Below are positions 47,361-60,858 of a stretch of 64,000 nucleotides of DNA, in pieces. The first letter of the stretch is position 1. Every line of letters starts with the position of its first letter. The stretch comes from Chiloscyllium plagiosum (lineage: Eukaryota). The notes under the pieces were generated by a model that had not been told where the DNA came from, ran no database searches, and saw nothing but the letters and a program-made list of their open reading frames with translations. The position numbers and the translations under genes were made by a program. Location: positions 28,524,483 through 28,588,482 of the forward strand of contig NC_057720.1 of NCBI RefSeq assembly GCF_004010195.1. The letters are read 5' to 3'.

Positions 47361-50300
47361 TAAAAAAAATCTTAGAATTGAAATGTATTTTGGGAGGGAC
47401 ACTGTTATTGGACTGCTACTGTGTGGTTTATAATAGTTCACCAGGTCTCGCATTGATGGAAGCTTAGAAGAAGGAATTATGCCATTTCCAAGGCATAAGA
47501 AATTTGAGCATATTCCAGATAATAATGTGCATTTATAATTTCCCCTCACTTTGTCTTTAATCAATTAACTTAAATCAGTATCCAAAGGTTAATTATGTTA
47601 CTGCTACAAGAAGCAGTTCTCTTCATTCTTTGTATCCAAACCCCACATGATTATGAGCACTACCATTAACTCAACCCTTACATGTTTTGCTCTCCAGAAC
47701 AACATTGTTTCTCTAGTCTGTTCCCGTAACTGAAGTCTTTTTCCTTACATACTATTCTGGTAAACGTCCTATTCTGTCTAAGGCTTTGACACATTTCCTA
47801 AATTGTGGTGTTCAGAATTGCCTACAATCTGTCAAATGAGGAAAACAAGTGATTTCTAGATTTGTAGCGCCACCACTTTAATTTTATGCTGTATGGCTCT
47901 GTTTATAAAGCCAAGAACCCTATTTGCTAGCTACATTGATGTTTTGAGTATTTTATCAGGAGTAAACTTCATTCTTCCATTAAGTGGCTGCTTACATTGC
48001 GTATGGAGCATTCTGTTGCGCAGTGATTACTCTACATCATGCATGAAACATGTATTTTCAAATACCTGGGAAAAAAATGAATGAATAACAGAGGTGAAGG
48101 TATATAGAAATTGATAGGGTAAAATAAATCAAGAGAGCTACTTAAAACCCACTGTGAATGGGGTGCACCTTAGAAAGCAGGGCAGTAATGTTGAAGGTAG
48201 CTGAATCTCTGATCACAACTCTCTTTAGATATGTAGGTGTGTCCGAAGATCGGAAGACTGCAAATCTTACACCCCTGTTCGAAAGAGGTGAGAGGGATGT
48301 ACCTGGTAATTAATACCAGTCACCCTAATGTCTGTGGTATTTCATAGACAATAATCAGAGGTAAATTAATGACTCTTGGTTAAAAAAAGTCTTAACATAT
48401 GCCAGGGTTTCTGATCCCCAATGAACAAATGGTGCTAGCTGTATATTTCATATGGACTTTCCCATAGAGGTTTTGTGATAATGCACTGGAGGTTCATGTT
48501 AGCCAACTGTTCAAAAAATCTCCTCTACATTCCTCCACATGTCATCTGGAACCTGGGACTAACCCAGGTAACTGTGTATTTTCATAACCATCCAAATTGA
48601 ACAATTATTTTAATTGTGCAGAGTCTCAGCTCGGAACTGCGAGTTTTAAATACAACACTGAATCATGTAAGAAAAAACTTGAAGGAAAGAACATTTGATT
48701 GAGAGAGATTTGGAAAAAAAATCATGGTTTAAATCATCAACAGTTAAAATTTGAAATTCTGTCTTTTAAAAAAAAATATTTTCAATGTAATAGAGCTTGA
48801 AGGCTATCACACTGTGAAAGTCTTACTGGGAGAGTCAAGCTCTAACTTTTTTTCTGGTGAGGTAGTGCATACACACAGCAAAACATACTACATACTTGCT
48901 CATTGTATTTCAATGCTAAGATTCAGTACCATAGTAGTGATGTTTTATTGGGAACGAGGCATTTTGGATGGTGACTTCCCAATTCTGCATTGAACTGTGT
49001 TAAGTGTGGCTGCTGGAAGTTGCTGTCTGATTTACACTGATGCTGTTTAGAATCAATAATTTCTATCACAAAATCCATCCAATTGTTTCACAATATACTG
49101 GGGACCTAAGATGTCCTCCAACATCCAATGAAACTTCAAAACAAAATCAATTCAGCGATATTTGTGCAAAATTATAAAAATCAGATACTTGTTGAGTACA
49201 CAATGCTGCCTAAATCAATATTTGGCAGGTGTTAACCATCTGGCAGGAATAACATGATCTTGAAAAAGTGTTTGGAATTGTGAAATCAAAAAAGCTATTC
49301 TCAAAATATTAACAGAAATAGTCATGCCAGGTATACTTTCAGAGTATAAACAGTCAGACAGTTAAATCTCAACAAATAACGCAATTGTTTTATTTGAATC
49401 AGGATTTCCATGCACTTCAAATAAAAGGTCAATTTGTAAGATTTTTCTACTGCAGTCCATTTCATCATTCATATATCAATTTTGTTTAGATAAAACCAAC
49501 GGAAAACATTGATCTAATGGGTTTTTTTGACAAAAATTGACTGGTGCTTCTAAAGCATGTGGATGCCCCTGACATACAGCCATGGATTGAATACATTTAG
49601 GAATGAAGGAACAAAGTTAATTGAGGAACATGTTGTTCTTGCATGAGGATTTAATTGGGAAATGTTATGCTTGGATCAGAAGACTTTACAAAATAGGAAT
49701 GAATTAAAATGATTTGGTCTGTAAAAGTTGAAAAACCATTTACTGACAGAATTCTAAAAATGTCCCAATACACAGTTCAAAATAATTATTGCAAGAGATA
49801 TATTTTGAAGCATGAAATATACTCAAAAGTTTGGTAATATAAAGGAACATAACTAGCAAATGATATGTGATCAGGAAAGAGACCATTGTCTGTTAAAAAG
49901 TACTATGCTCTAAGCTCCTCCTAGACTTAAAAAAGTTGAAACCAACAATGGTTCACATCATATTAAAACAATTTGCAATGTCTCATTTGGCCCATTTATT
50001 TCTAGAAGTACAAGAGACACATATTTTGCTTCCACTGTTTTAAGAACATAAATCTGGCCCTCAACAAACTTGACTTCATACTTGGTTTATAAAATAGAAC
50101 TCAATGGTATGAAAGTTCAGAAAATAAATGCTGGTGACATTTAAACTCTAATCAAAGCTGATGCAAATTAAGTAGAATACAGTAGAAACAGGTAGATTTG
50201 TATTCTGGCAGCAATGTGTTGATTGTGTGGTGTTATAGACTACTGTTTATGTTTTTTTAGCTGTGCAAAATGTAATGATACATTTTATGTCACAATTGGC

Positions 50301-51217
50301 TATCCAAACTTCCAGCCCTAATGCAAAGCCCCAAACACTGGCAGCAAATATATTGTTAAATCATGATGTGATTATTTCTAGTTGATAAGTTCAGTGTAAG
50401 GAGCACGTAACATATTGCATGTATACTATTTCTATCCAAAGGTGGTGAAGTTGGATTGCAACAGCCGATCAGCATGATTAGAGTGCAAGGATGAGTTGTT
50501 GATTTGGAAAGGTGAGGCTCAAGGCCTGATTGACATTGGGCCGAGGGAATCATTTAAATTAGATTGGCGAACAGCTGATGAGGCTGTCAGATAGATCCTG
50601 AGAAGTGGGCAAAATGTAAGGAAAAATAGTGGGGAGTGGCTGAGTGAGAGTAGGCAATGCTTTTCATAATTGCTATGGGTTTGAGAGGACTATTTCTGAT
50701 GCTACTGGCTCCATATTTGTGTAAACATTTGTTTTGAAACTTGTTGGGCTTCCATATTTTAATACGGTTATTCTAAATGCAATAATAGTAAATTTAGGGC
50801 AACTCAATTCCAGGAAAGGATCTGGTAACCAGAGATAGTCCTCCTTTTTGCATATCTACAAACCCAAGCACAAATTTTCCATGCATAAATCCTGCAAGTT
50901 TATAATTTGGCTTTTACCAATTCGAGGTGCTTATATTGTTCCAACTTTAGGAGAATCACCTAAGACCTCACAAGCTGTTTACTTTATTGGCTTGAAGCAG
51001 ATTGCCCAGAACGTCTGTCTCAACCCCTCTTCATAAAAGAAAAATTGTGACAAAATACACCTCTTACAACCATAGTATCATCACTATATCTTGTCCAAAC
51101 ATTTCTTTCTCAGTTTGTTGAGTGCAGTTTGTAATCTCCTTGGAAAAACACCAAATAAAATACTCATCACCTAATGTGTGACCTGAAATCATGAAACTGG
51201 GAGAAAGAGTCCCATGC

Positions 51218-51421
51218 TGAAAATGTGTTGCTGGAAAAGCGCAGCAGGTCAGGCAGCATCCAAGGAACAGGAGAATTGGCGTTTTGGGCATAAGCCCTTC
51301 TTCAGGAATTGCCCGAAACGTCGATTCTCCTGTTCCTTGGATGCTGCCTGACCTGCTGCACTTTTCCAGCAACACATTTTCAGCTCTGATCTCCAGCATC
51401 TGCAGTCCTCACTTTCTCCTT
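51218..51421. mobile_element. PLE family-1 hairpin (tail on the right)
   Basis: Inverted arms; TSD aaagagtcccatgc / aaagggtcacatgc (51204-51217, 51422-51435). Confidence 0.9.
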
Positions 51422-52887
51422 AAAGGGTCACATGCACTGCCAACTGAGCTACATGTGCTGTGCAGGAATGTGCTCCTCAATGCCTTAACAACTCCACAAC
51501 TTTCTGCATAGTGAAAGAAATGTTTGGAGAAGACCATTTCAGCTGTTCATTGTGATCTTGAGTTTGTAAAGCATTTGGTAAAAGATTTCACTGATGCTTC
51601 GGAAAGAGATCAGGAGCAATTGGTTCTGCACCTCTGCCAACATCTGCAGTGTGGGCCAAGTGCATATACCTAACCATTCCTTATACCTTTGCAGTTGGTG
51701 GCAGGAGTTACGTGAGACAAACTAATGTTCCTTCAACATTTTGGGAAATAAGACTAGCTACTTTATTACCTTGTGATTTTGAAAAGCAATTTAAGTTCAC
51801 AGCTTTTTTCTGAAGAATATCATGTATTTTGAATTATGTTTTATTTGTTCAGCTATTATGTGTGTCTCTATGGGGTTGTTTAGAACAGTGTGAATTAAGT
51901 GATAAGCTGTCACTTTATCAGTTGCTATGTCAGTCACCAGCATGTTATGGATTTGCAGTGAATACTTTTAGGAACAAACAGACTATTAAAATGGTTGCTC
52001 CAAATAATGTGACCTTTGGCATTTGAGCTACGGAAGTTAAGTATCAAGCAAATATCTATTTAAATATGAACATTCTTAGCCCATCTGGGAATTCCCACAT
52101 CTCTTTAAGGATGAACCAACACAAAAGACTGTAGAATTTTCAGCCTATCTGTCTCTGTTTCATTCTTAACAAACAGGAACATTAAAATTCCATTTGTGGC
52201 AGATGGAAATGAAAGGATTCTATAAATCTTCCATTGTGCTGTGATGTTTTCCCCTATCTCAATTACAGTGGGTGAATCTCAAAGGTGTTAAAGCAATAAC
52301 ACAGGATGTTGGAATCAACATACATTATTCCTTTTTGGGAAAGAAAGACTTCATAGTTTTTATGAAGAGGGAACCATGTTGTTAAAAATCAGGTGGAAGC
52401 AGTTTGGAAGAGTTTTGTTGATGCCATCAAACTAGTTGCAAGAAATTTGATAAGTCAAGGTAATTTATACCTTATAGCTAGGAGCTACTGCATCCCCATT
52501 TATTCTGACTTTAAGTTCACTTGAGAACAAACCTTTGAGAAATATGAATAATTCTAACACCAGATCAACTTTAATAATGTTAAAGACTTGAGTATAAAAT
52601 CTGCAGATATTAAGGTGCGGTCTCAAAATATAGTTCAAATAAACCACTGTCATCAGTATAAGCGACCATGAAATTATTGCACTATTACTAAAAACCCAAT
52701 CTGGTACCTCATTTCTTTTGAAAAAGAAACCTCTAGTTATTAGCTAGATGTAACTCCAATCCCATGCCAATGTGATCCACTGGTCTCTAAAGTGACTGGG
52801 CAAATCATTCAGTTCAAGGAGACAGCCCACCACTGGACTTTTAGGAAATTAGGACTGGGACAATAAATCCTGGCCTTGTCAGTAACA

Positions 52888-53111
52888 GGAAGAAAGTGAG
52901 GACTGCAGATGCTGTAGATCAGAGACTAGAGTGTGGTGCTGGAAAAACGCAGCAGGTCAGGCAGCATTCGAGGAACAGGAGAATCACCATTTTGGGTATA
53001 AGCCCTTCATCAGGATGCCCTTGTGATGAAGGGCTTATGCCCGAAACACCAATTCTCCTGCTTGTCGGATGCTGCCTGACCTGCTGTGCTTTTCCAGCAC
53101 CGCACTCCCGG
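52888..53111. mobile_element. PLE family-1 hairpin inserted in the tail of an old SINE
   Basis: Inverted arms; TSD cttgtcag[t/a]aaca (52875-52887, 53112-53124). Confidence 0.9.
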
Positions 53112-54919
53112 CTTGTCAGAAACACTCACAATTCTACTGTGGCTTTAAAAACAAAGCTTTGTTGCAACCATGTGTATAGTGTTTCAGCAGTTTGAAGGTT
53201 TGACCATGTCCACTTGCCAGTCAAATAGATATCGTGTTTTTAGCTGGTCCGCATTGCATTATGGTTCCTGAATCAATTCTTTTGGAGTTTATCCAATTAA
53301 CTAATATTTTTGGAAAAATTCAATGACAAATTTGCTTTCAACATGCAAGTCAAGTTTTATGAAAGAAGATGAAATGTTAAATGAGCTATGTAAATTTATA
53401 GTTTTAACTCTTTAAGTTATATCGAGATCTGGGAGACGTGGCCAATTATTATTTAAGTTTTGTCCAACAGTGGAGCACTGATTGTTTAAGAATCAAAACC
53501 TAGAAATTCCATTTGTAATGCTAGTGTTCAAATGATCAACAAATTCATTTGGCTGTTGATCGCACGATACTGTAACAGATATATTAACCCACAGGCAGAA
53601 ATTAAAGTAATAGATATAGAAATGTCAAAACAATGTTTTTTTTTGTTTTCATAAGTTATGGTGGTAAAATTCTGATGTTACATTGCTCTCTGACAAGCGC
53701 TGGAAGATTTTCTCCCCCATTGCAAACAGTAATTTGTAGGCATGTGTGACTGAAGCAGTAACCACAGTCAAAACATACTACAATGAATGAAGAATAAGCA
53801 TACAACTGAGATATATTCCTCTTGGAAACTTTTATTTAGTTAACCCTGACAACATTGTAAATTAGGTATTTTTAATCACATTATTCTTTGGCTAATGAAC
53901 TTAAGGATTTTAAAGTTGCATAATTTTCCCACAAAATTCTGTGAATACTTACATATGTTTAGACAGCTACAAAACATGTCCCACTAGTCAAAAGGTAAAA
54001 AAAACTGTCTGAGAATCTGCTTTTAAAAATTGAATTACGTTGGTGGAGGGTGATTTTTATTTTAAGTAGAGTTTTGGCAAGCATAGTAAACCAGAAGATA
54101 GACTCTTTCCCAAATATGTACATAACTGTGTTTACATATTTCCATGTGGTGACTGTGATGCGTCTACATTAGAGAGTCAAAGAAAGAATTCCACAAAAAA
54201 ATTGCACCATTATAGTGTTGGAATCAAAGAACATACCACAGGTCTCTGTGCATTTAAGTGCAAACTTGGATAAAGAAAAAATAAGAGGTGAAGTACATAA
54301 GCTATAGAAGCCTGACCATGACCAAGGTCAGAAACAACAGTAGATAGATTTAAACCCGAAGGAAAACTGTACATGAGAACTTCCATTAATATACAGTAAA
54401 ACTCGGTGCCAAACATAAATGGTAATAGAAAGTAGGTGAATTACACTGTATTGTAAACTTAACAGCTTCCTTGAAACACAACAGAAAGCTAACAATAAAT
54501 TAAGTCTGTGAAAAAGTCTGGAAGAATTTCCAGAGACTATTAAAGTTAATTTGAAAAGTGAAAGCCCATTTTCTCACTGGCAAACTGTACCAGGAAAGTG
54601 ATTGGTTATATTAACAGGAGAATTGTAAGGTTGTGTGTTAAGCAAGCTGAAGTACATTATCTGCTTACTTCCTGAAAAATCAGTTCTGGAGTCCTGAAGC
54701 ACAATGCATTCAGCGTTCTCAGTGTTGTCTGACTGTGGTCAGCAAGCGAAGAGAGCAGGGAGCAAAATGTACTATGTTGATTAGGCCCTTATCTTAAATG
54801 CAAAGGAGGTGTCCATCCATAAGTAATTTACTTTTTAAAGGTCATCTGCCCAATACTTCTCCGACACCCTCATTGTGTCAGCACTACTTGCTAGCCTGAT
54901 GTGCCACATGGCCATTGCT

Positions 54920-55120
54920 AGATGTCTCAAAGCACTTTAAGCTAATTAAATAATTTTGAAGTGTGGTCAGTTTTGTAGGAAATACAGCAGCTAATATTCT
55001 CACAGTAAAGTTGTACAGACAGCAATGTGATAAGGGCCGGATCATTTGTTTGCAATGTTGATTTAGGGAGACTAGGGATAAATCGCCCTCGCTTTCTTTA
55101 AAATAGTGTAATTGCACAGG
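54920..55120 (-). repeat. Deu-domain SINE
   Basis: ttttgaagtgtggtcagttttgtaggaaatacagcagctaat...acagcaatgtgata. Confidence 0.6.
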
Positions 55121-55175
55121 CATATATGATAGGTAGCTGACTCTGGGTATATTCCTGGAATTTCTATCACATGAC

Positions 55176-55399
55176 TAAAATAACTTCACAGAGGCCAGTG
55201 TCTCATCACAAATTCACCCTTTATTTACACATGGAGAGTCCTTGACATTGATCCAGCTCTCTCAGAGCCAGCTCTCACACTGAAAACGATGTCTGATACT
55301 CCTGTCAGCTAGGACCCCCTGATTGGACCAGATTAACAGCCCCAATCAGGGAACGCATATTCTGAGGTCCATTTGTCTGACCTTGTTATATTCACCACA
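55176..55399 (-). mobile_element. Solo LTR of the same family as 44177-44404
   Basis: Reverse-complement match (ctcagagccagctctca; cagccccaatcagggaac); 5 bp TSD atgac (55171-55175, 55400-55404). Confidence 0.85.
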
Positions 55400-57505
55400 A
55401 TGACTGTACATGTGGAACTATCCAACTGATCAAATAGCACATCTTTAAAAAAGCTTATTAATATTTTATAACTAATAAGTGGGAAAACAGATGTACTTAG
55501 GATCAGAAGTAGGCTTGCAGTAGTGCCCTGGACATTCTTTTTAATTCCGAGAGACTCCAGGCCCATCATGACAGATCGGCAATCTTAACTTGAATCTTCA
55601 GTTTAATGTCTTCTCTGCCAGTCCAGCACTCTGCTGGAGTGTCAGTTTGATTTTAGTTCTCATGCCCGGGTATGGGAGTTAAACCTGGAATCTTGTGATT
55701 CAGAAACCAAAGTACTACCAGTTGAGGCAGCCGACTCTCACCTGCCAGGTAGGAGAGCTGCTGAGAATGTTACCTTTTTTGATAATAGCTGGCTGTGTTA
55801 TGTGCCAGTGAGATATTTAAGAGGCCAACAGTGGATTTTTTTCTAGGATCAAAGGTCCTGGGGGCAGAAATCCTGCCATTCAAGAGCTACCAGTCAATCA
55901 GAGACCAAAAGTTCTTCAGTATGATTGGTAAGCATGGTAGCTTCCAGCAATATACCCACCTGAGGTCCAGGTATTGCTTTTCAGGCTCCCACATGATGGC
56001 TGCCGCACCCACAACTATTTAAGTACAAGTAGTGGTGGGACGAGGCGTTAATTTCCAACTTAGGGGACTTGATTGACATCAGGATGGGAAGGCTGCCCAC
56101 GATCTTTCCTGCCTAAAACATTGGAGCAGAGACAAGAATGAGGTAGGGCCATCATCTGACACACTCTTCTCTGAGTAAATGCCCCCTTTGTTTCCAAGCT
56201 CACCTTGGACGAGGGCAGAAATTTCCATCACGCTGTGCATATGTATAAACATTCCAGAATCAGGTGATAGTAGTGTAGAGTATCTGCTCTGCACTGACAT
56301 TTAAATTTTAACAAACTCATAGCCTTTTCAGGCCACTTTCTTCTATGCAGGTCAAGCTGCTAGCTTTGGAAGCAGGTAAGAGTCTTTAGCCCAAAAGGGC
56401 CATTTTCTATAACTGCATCACTACCTTAGGTCCTTATTAACAATGAGGTAGTTTTGCCCACCAACTTTATATTTTGCGAAGTAATGGTCATCTCTAACAG
56501 AATAACTTATGTACCCACCATCACCACACCACCCGCATTTCCCAACAACCTCCAGCCCCCTACACATTCCCTCAAAACAAGAGGATCAAACTTTAGGTAG
56601 GTCAGATATTGTGACTAACAATTTGTAGGCCTGCGGTCCTGCAACCATTTTCCACATGCAGGGAGTCTAGACAAATGAGGCATATGCCTTAGATGATGGC
56701 ATTCAATGTAACCTAATCCTGTGGTCATGCTGGCAACTTCAATGGAAAGTTTTGGGCTGAGCATCTGCAGTAATTGGGCAAGTTGTAATGTGGGTCAAAG
56801 CACATAAAATCATGTTATAACTTAGTGCCATTTAATAAATGTGTTTGTAACCAGATCATACTGCCTTTCCTCCATTAAGCACTTCTGAGTAAGACATGTC
56901 TCCTGGTGCCTCTTTGAGTTCACACAGACTGCCTGTGGACACTGGGATGACTAATACAGTACTGTGTATATCTAAACTTGCTGCTTAAAGGATTTAAAAG
57001 TATGCTACGGGTAACATTTTCTGTCTTCTACCCCATGGGAAAGTGACTGGGTGCTGATCTCTGTTAAATACTTCTTCGATCATACTGGAGCTGAGATTAG
57101 TATCATTTACATGCCAATAGATTGTAAATGTCAATTTTTTTTATCATTGTCTCCTGGAGCTTAACTTTGTGAGCAGAAGAAAATGAACTTTAAGTTTCTT
57201 CATGAGTGGTATGAATGTGACTTTGATTCACTGACCGGAAATATATGTCTGCAGTTCAGATCTATTTCTGGTGACCAGACCCATTGGTCATTTTGTAGCA
57301 GGCTGTCGAATCTGTTGAGAGTGCAGGATTAGGCTGGATAGTGTAGAACAGATTTTGAACTGCATTTAGTTAAGTTGTATTGTTAGTTGTTTAGATCAAG
57401 ATTTTTATGGTAGAATGTAAATGCCTACAAACAAGTCTAGATTATTTATGGTAACATTGTTAACCTTTAACTACAAGCAGGAATTGTGTTAATTCTGAAC
57501 TGTGT

Positions 57506-57782
57506 GTGGCACGATGGCTCAGTGGTTAACATTGCTGCCTCACAGCACTAGGGTCCCAGGTTCAATTCCAGCCTCAGGTGACTGTTTGTGTGGAGTTTGC
57601 ACATTCTCCCTGTGTCTGCGTGGGTTTCCTTCCACAAAGATGTGTAGGGAAGGTGAATTGGCCATGCTAAATTGCCCCTAGTGTTAGGTGCATTAGTCAG
57701 AGGGAAATGGGTTGGGTTACTCTTCAGAGGGTTGGTGTAGACTTGTTGGACTGAAGGGCCTATTCCCACACTGTAGGGAATT
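57506..57782 (+). mobile_element. HE1-type SINE
   Basis: A-box-like tggctcagtggtt, B-box ggttcaattcc, central core, tail gaagggcctattcccacactgtaggg. Confidence 0.9.
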
Positions 57783-57889
57783 GTATTTAATCTCTATCAA
57801 AATACTCTAATGTAGTTGTACTATCCATGGGATGGATTGTATAATAGAACTATTCTGGCTGTCCGCCATCTACAAGGCACACATCAGGA

Positions 57890-58375
57890 TCCCACTTGCT
57901 TATACAGGTGCAGCTCCAAAAACATTCAAGACTCTGAAAATCATTCAGGACAAACCAGCCCACTTAATTGGCATCCCACTCAAGACCTTAAACCTTCACT
58001 CCCTCCGCCTCTAACACACAGTGTCAATAGTATGTACTACCTTCAAGATGCATTGTAGCAACTCACGAAGTCTCCTTCAACAGTAGTTTCCAAACTTGGG
58101 ATCTAGAAGGTCTGAGGAAATAACTGCATGGAACCATCCCCTGCAAGTTCATCTCAGTCGCACATCATCCTGACTTGAAACTATATGACAACTCCTTCAA
58201 TGTCACTACATCCAAATCCTGGAATTCCCTTCCAGAGGTCACAGTGGGAGTAGCTGGACACCATAAACTGCAGCATTCTGAGAAGTAGGCTCGCTACTGC
58301 CATCTCAGGGGTAGTTTGGGAAAAACAGTGAATACTGGCTTAGCCAGTGATATCTACGATGTCCAAATAAAACAA
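57890..58375 (+). mobile_element. L2/CR1-superfamily LINE 3' part
   Basis: IQDKPAHLIG...LNLHSL; caaatcctggaattccct. Confidence 0.6.
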
Positions 58376-58699
58376 AAAATTCTATTCTGTCCATTTGATT
58401 TAAGTGTTCAGTGTAAGCTGTGTGCAGTCCATTAGGCAGACTGAATATGATAAATCATGTTTTAATTTGGAATTAGACAATAGACGAAGAATACATTAGA
58501 TTGATTTTAAACTTTACAGCATTGTATAAGATTTCATCCATTCATTCATGGGATGTGGCATTGCTGGCTACGATAGTACTTATTGCCCATCCCTGGTTAA
58601 GAGTCAACCATATTGCTTTCGCATATAGGTCAGACTGGGTAAAGATTGCAGTCTCCTTGTCTAAAAGAAATTAGTGAATCAGATGGGTTTTTTTGCCCA

Positions 58700-59840
58700 C
58701 AAAACTGGTTAGCAAGGTTAGAACACATGGAATACAGGGAGAACTAGCCATTTGGATACAGAACTGGCTCAAAGGTAAAAAAACAGAATGTGATAATGGA
58801 GGGTTACTTTTCAGGCTGGAGTCCTGTGACCAGTGGTGTGCCACAAGGATTGATGCTGGATCCACTGCTTTTTGTAATTTATATAAATGGTTTGGATGTG
58901 AACATAGGAGCTATGGTTAATCAGTTTGGAGGTGACACCAAAAATGACAGTGCAGTGGACAACTAAGAAGATTATCTCAGACTACAATGGGACATTGATC
59001 AGATGGGCCGACGGGCCTAAGAGTGGCAGATGGAGCTTAATTTAGATAAGTGTGAGATGAGCATTTTGGAAAGGCAAATTAGGGCATAATTTATACACTT
59101 AATGGTAAGGTCCTGTGGAGTGTTGCTGAACAAAGAGACCTTGGAGTGCAGGTTCATTGTTCCTTGAAAGTAGAGTTGCAGGTAGACAGAATAGTGAAGA
59201 AAGCATTTGGTATGCTTTCCTTTATTAGTCAGTGCATTGTGTATAGGAGTTGGGAGGTCATGCTGCTGCTGTACAGGACATTGGTTAGGCCACTGTTGGA
59301 ATATTACATGCAATTCTGGTCTCCTTCATATTGGAAGGATGTTGTGAAACTTGAAAGGGTTCAGAAAAGATATACAAGGATGTTGCCAGTGTTGGAGGGT
59401 TTTGAGCTATAGTAGGATGCTGTATAGGCTGGATGTGTTTTCCCTGGAGCATCGGAGGCTGAGGGGTGACCTTATAGAGGGTTATAAAATCATGAGGGGC
59501 ATTGATTGAATAAATAGACAAAGTCTTTTCCCTGGGATGAGGGAGTCCAGAACTAGAGGGCATAAGTTTAGGGTGAGAGGGGAAAAATTTAGAAGGGATC
59601 TTCAGGGGCAACATTTTCACGCAGAGTGTATGGAATGAGCTGCCAGAGGAAGTGGTGGAGGTTCGTACAATTACAACACTTAAAAGGCACCTGGATGGGT
59701 ATATGTATAGGAAGGGTGTCGAGGGATGTGGGCCAAGTGCTGGCAAATGGAACTAGATTAATTTAGAATATGTGATCAGCATGGACAACTTGGACCGTAG
59801 AGTCTGTTTCCATGCTGTACAGCTGTATGACTCTATGACT
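58700..59840 (+). mobile_element. CR1-type LINE 3' half
   Basis: HGIQGELAIWIQNWL, SGVPQG, LYRTLVRPLLEY..QFWSP; tail tatgactctatgact. Confidence 0.92.
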
Positions 59841-60732
59841 AATTATTAGTAGTTTCATGGTCAGCTTGAGACTCTTAATTTCAGATTTTTATTGGATTCA
59901 AATTTCTCCATTTGAACTAGGGTTTATGCTGAGTCCAGATAAAAATGCAGATGTAGAATGGAATTATTACGAATTATGCTGGAGGTTCAACATAATGGGC
60001 TGAATTGTACTCGCTCTCGAGGTTAGGGTTTGGGGGTGAGTGCAATAAAATGGTGAGGGAAGGCAAGAGGTGGAATGTAAATATCTTGTTGCCTTCATGC
60101 CATCTTGCCAATGCAGGTATGGTAGCTTGTATCAACCAGTCCTGATGCCAATTGAATGACTCAAGGTAAATTAGCAGCCCCCTGCTGGCATTCTACCAAT
60201 GAAGTGGAAAGGGGCTCCCCCTGTCATATGAGGAGATAACCAAGTAAACACTGGCTGCTTCCCAGCAAGGTTGGGCAGGACAGTTTTCTCTCATTCTTTG
60301 ATGTATGGAGGACTCTCCCTACGGCAATAGCTGGTCTTGCAGCAACATACTCTGTCTTCTATGGCCCTGACCCCAGTTACAGGTTGGCAAACTGACAACC
60401 TTCCATGGCAGCCTCTTCTTCTAGATGCCTCCTTGGAAGAATTGGCTCCTGTTTCCAGTGATGCTGTTAGGTCTACTGACTGAGCTGCCAGTTCTCCAAT
60501 GGACTCAAAATCCCTGGGAGCAAGTGACTAATCTTAATAGTTACAGCACTCCCAATAGTAGCCAGTTTGCTAGCTGCCACTAACAAGGTGTAGCCCTGGG
60601 TTGACAGGACACCATAGCTGAACTTGCCTCTGACCTTTGGACCTGTTGACAGGATCCTCACTACATGAATAAAATTGAAATGTCCTATTATTTCACCTTT
60701 GCCCAGAATAAGTTATTTTCCCTTCTTTTGTG

Positions 60733-60858
60733 GTTCAGAAAAGATTTACAAGGATGTTGCCTGAATTGGAGGTTTTGAGCTTTAGGGAGAGGTTAAAATG
60801 GCTGGTGTTGTTTTTCCCTGGATCGACATAGAGGTTTCAAAATTCATGAGGGGCATGT
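60733..60858 (+). mobile_element. Short CR1 fragment
   Basis: VQKRFTRMLPELE. Confidence 0.7.

Noticed and set aside
8180..53195. Recurring peptides such as CCLTCCAFPA, MLPDLLCFSSN and GKAQQVRQH as a small-protein family
   Set aside because: They are translations of the non-coding PLE terminal repeat in various frames and strands.
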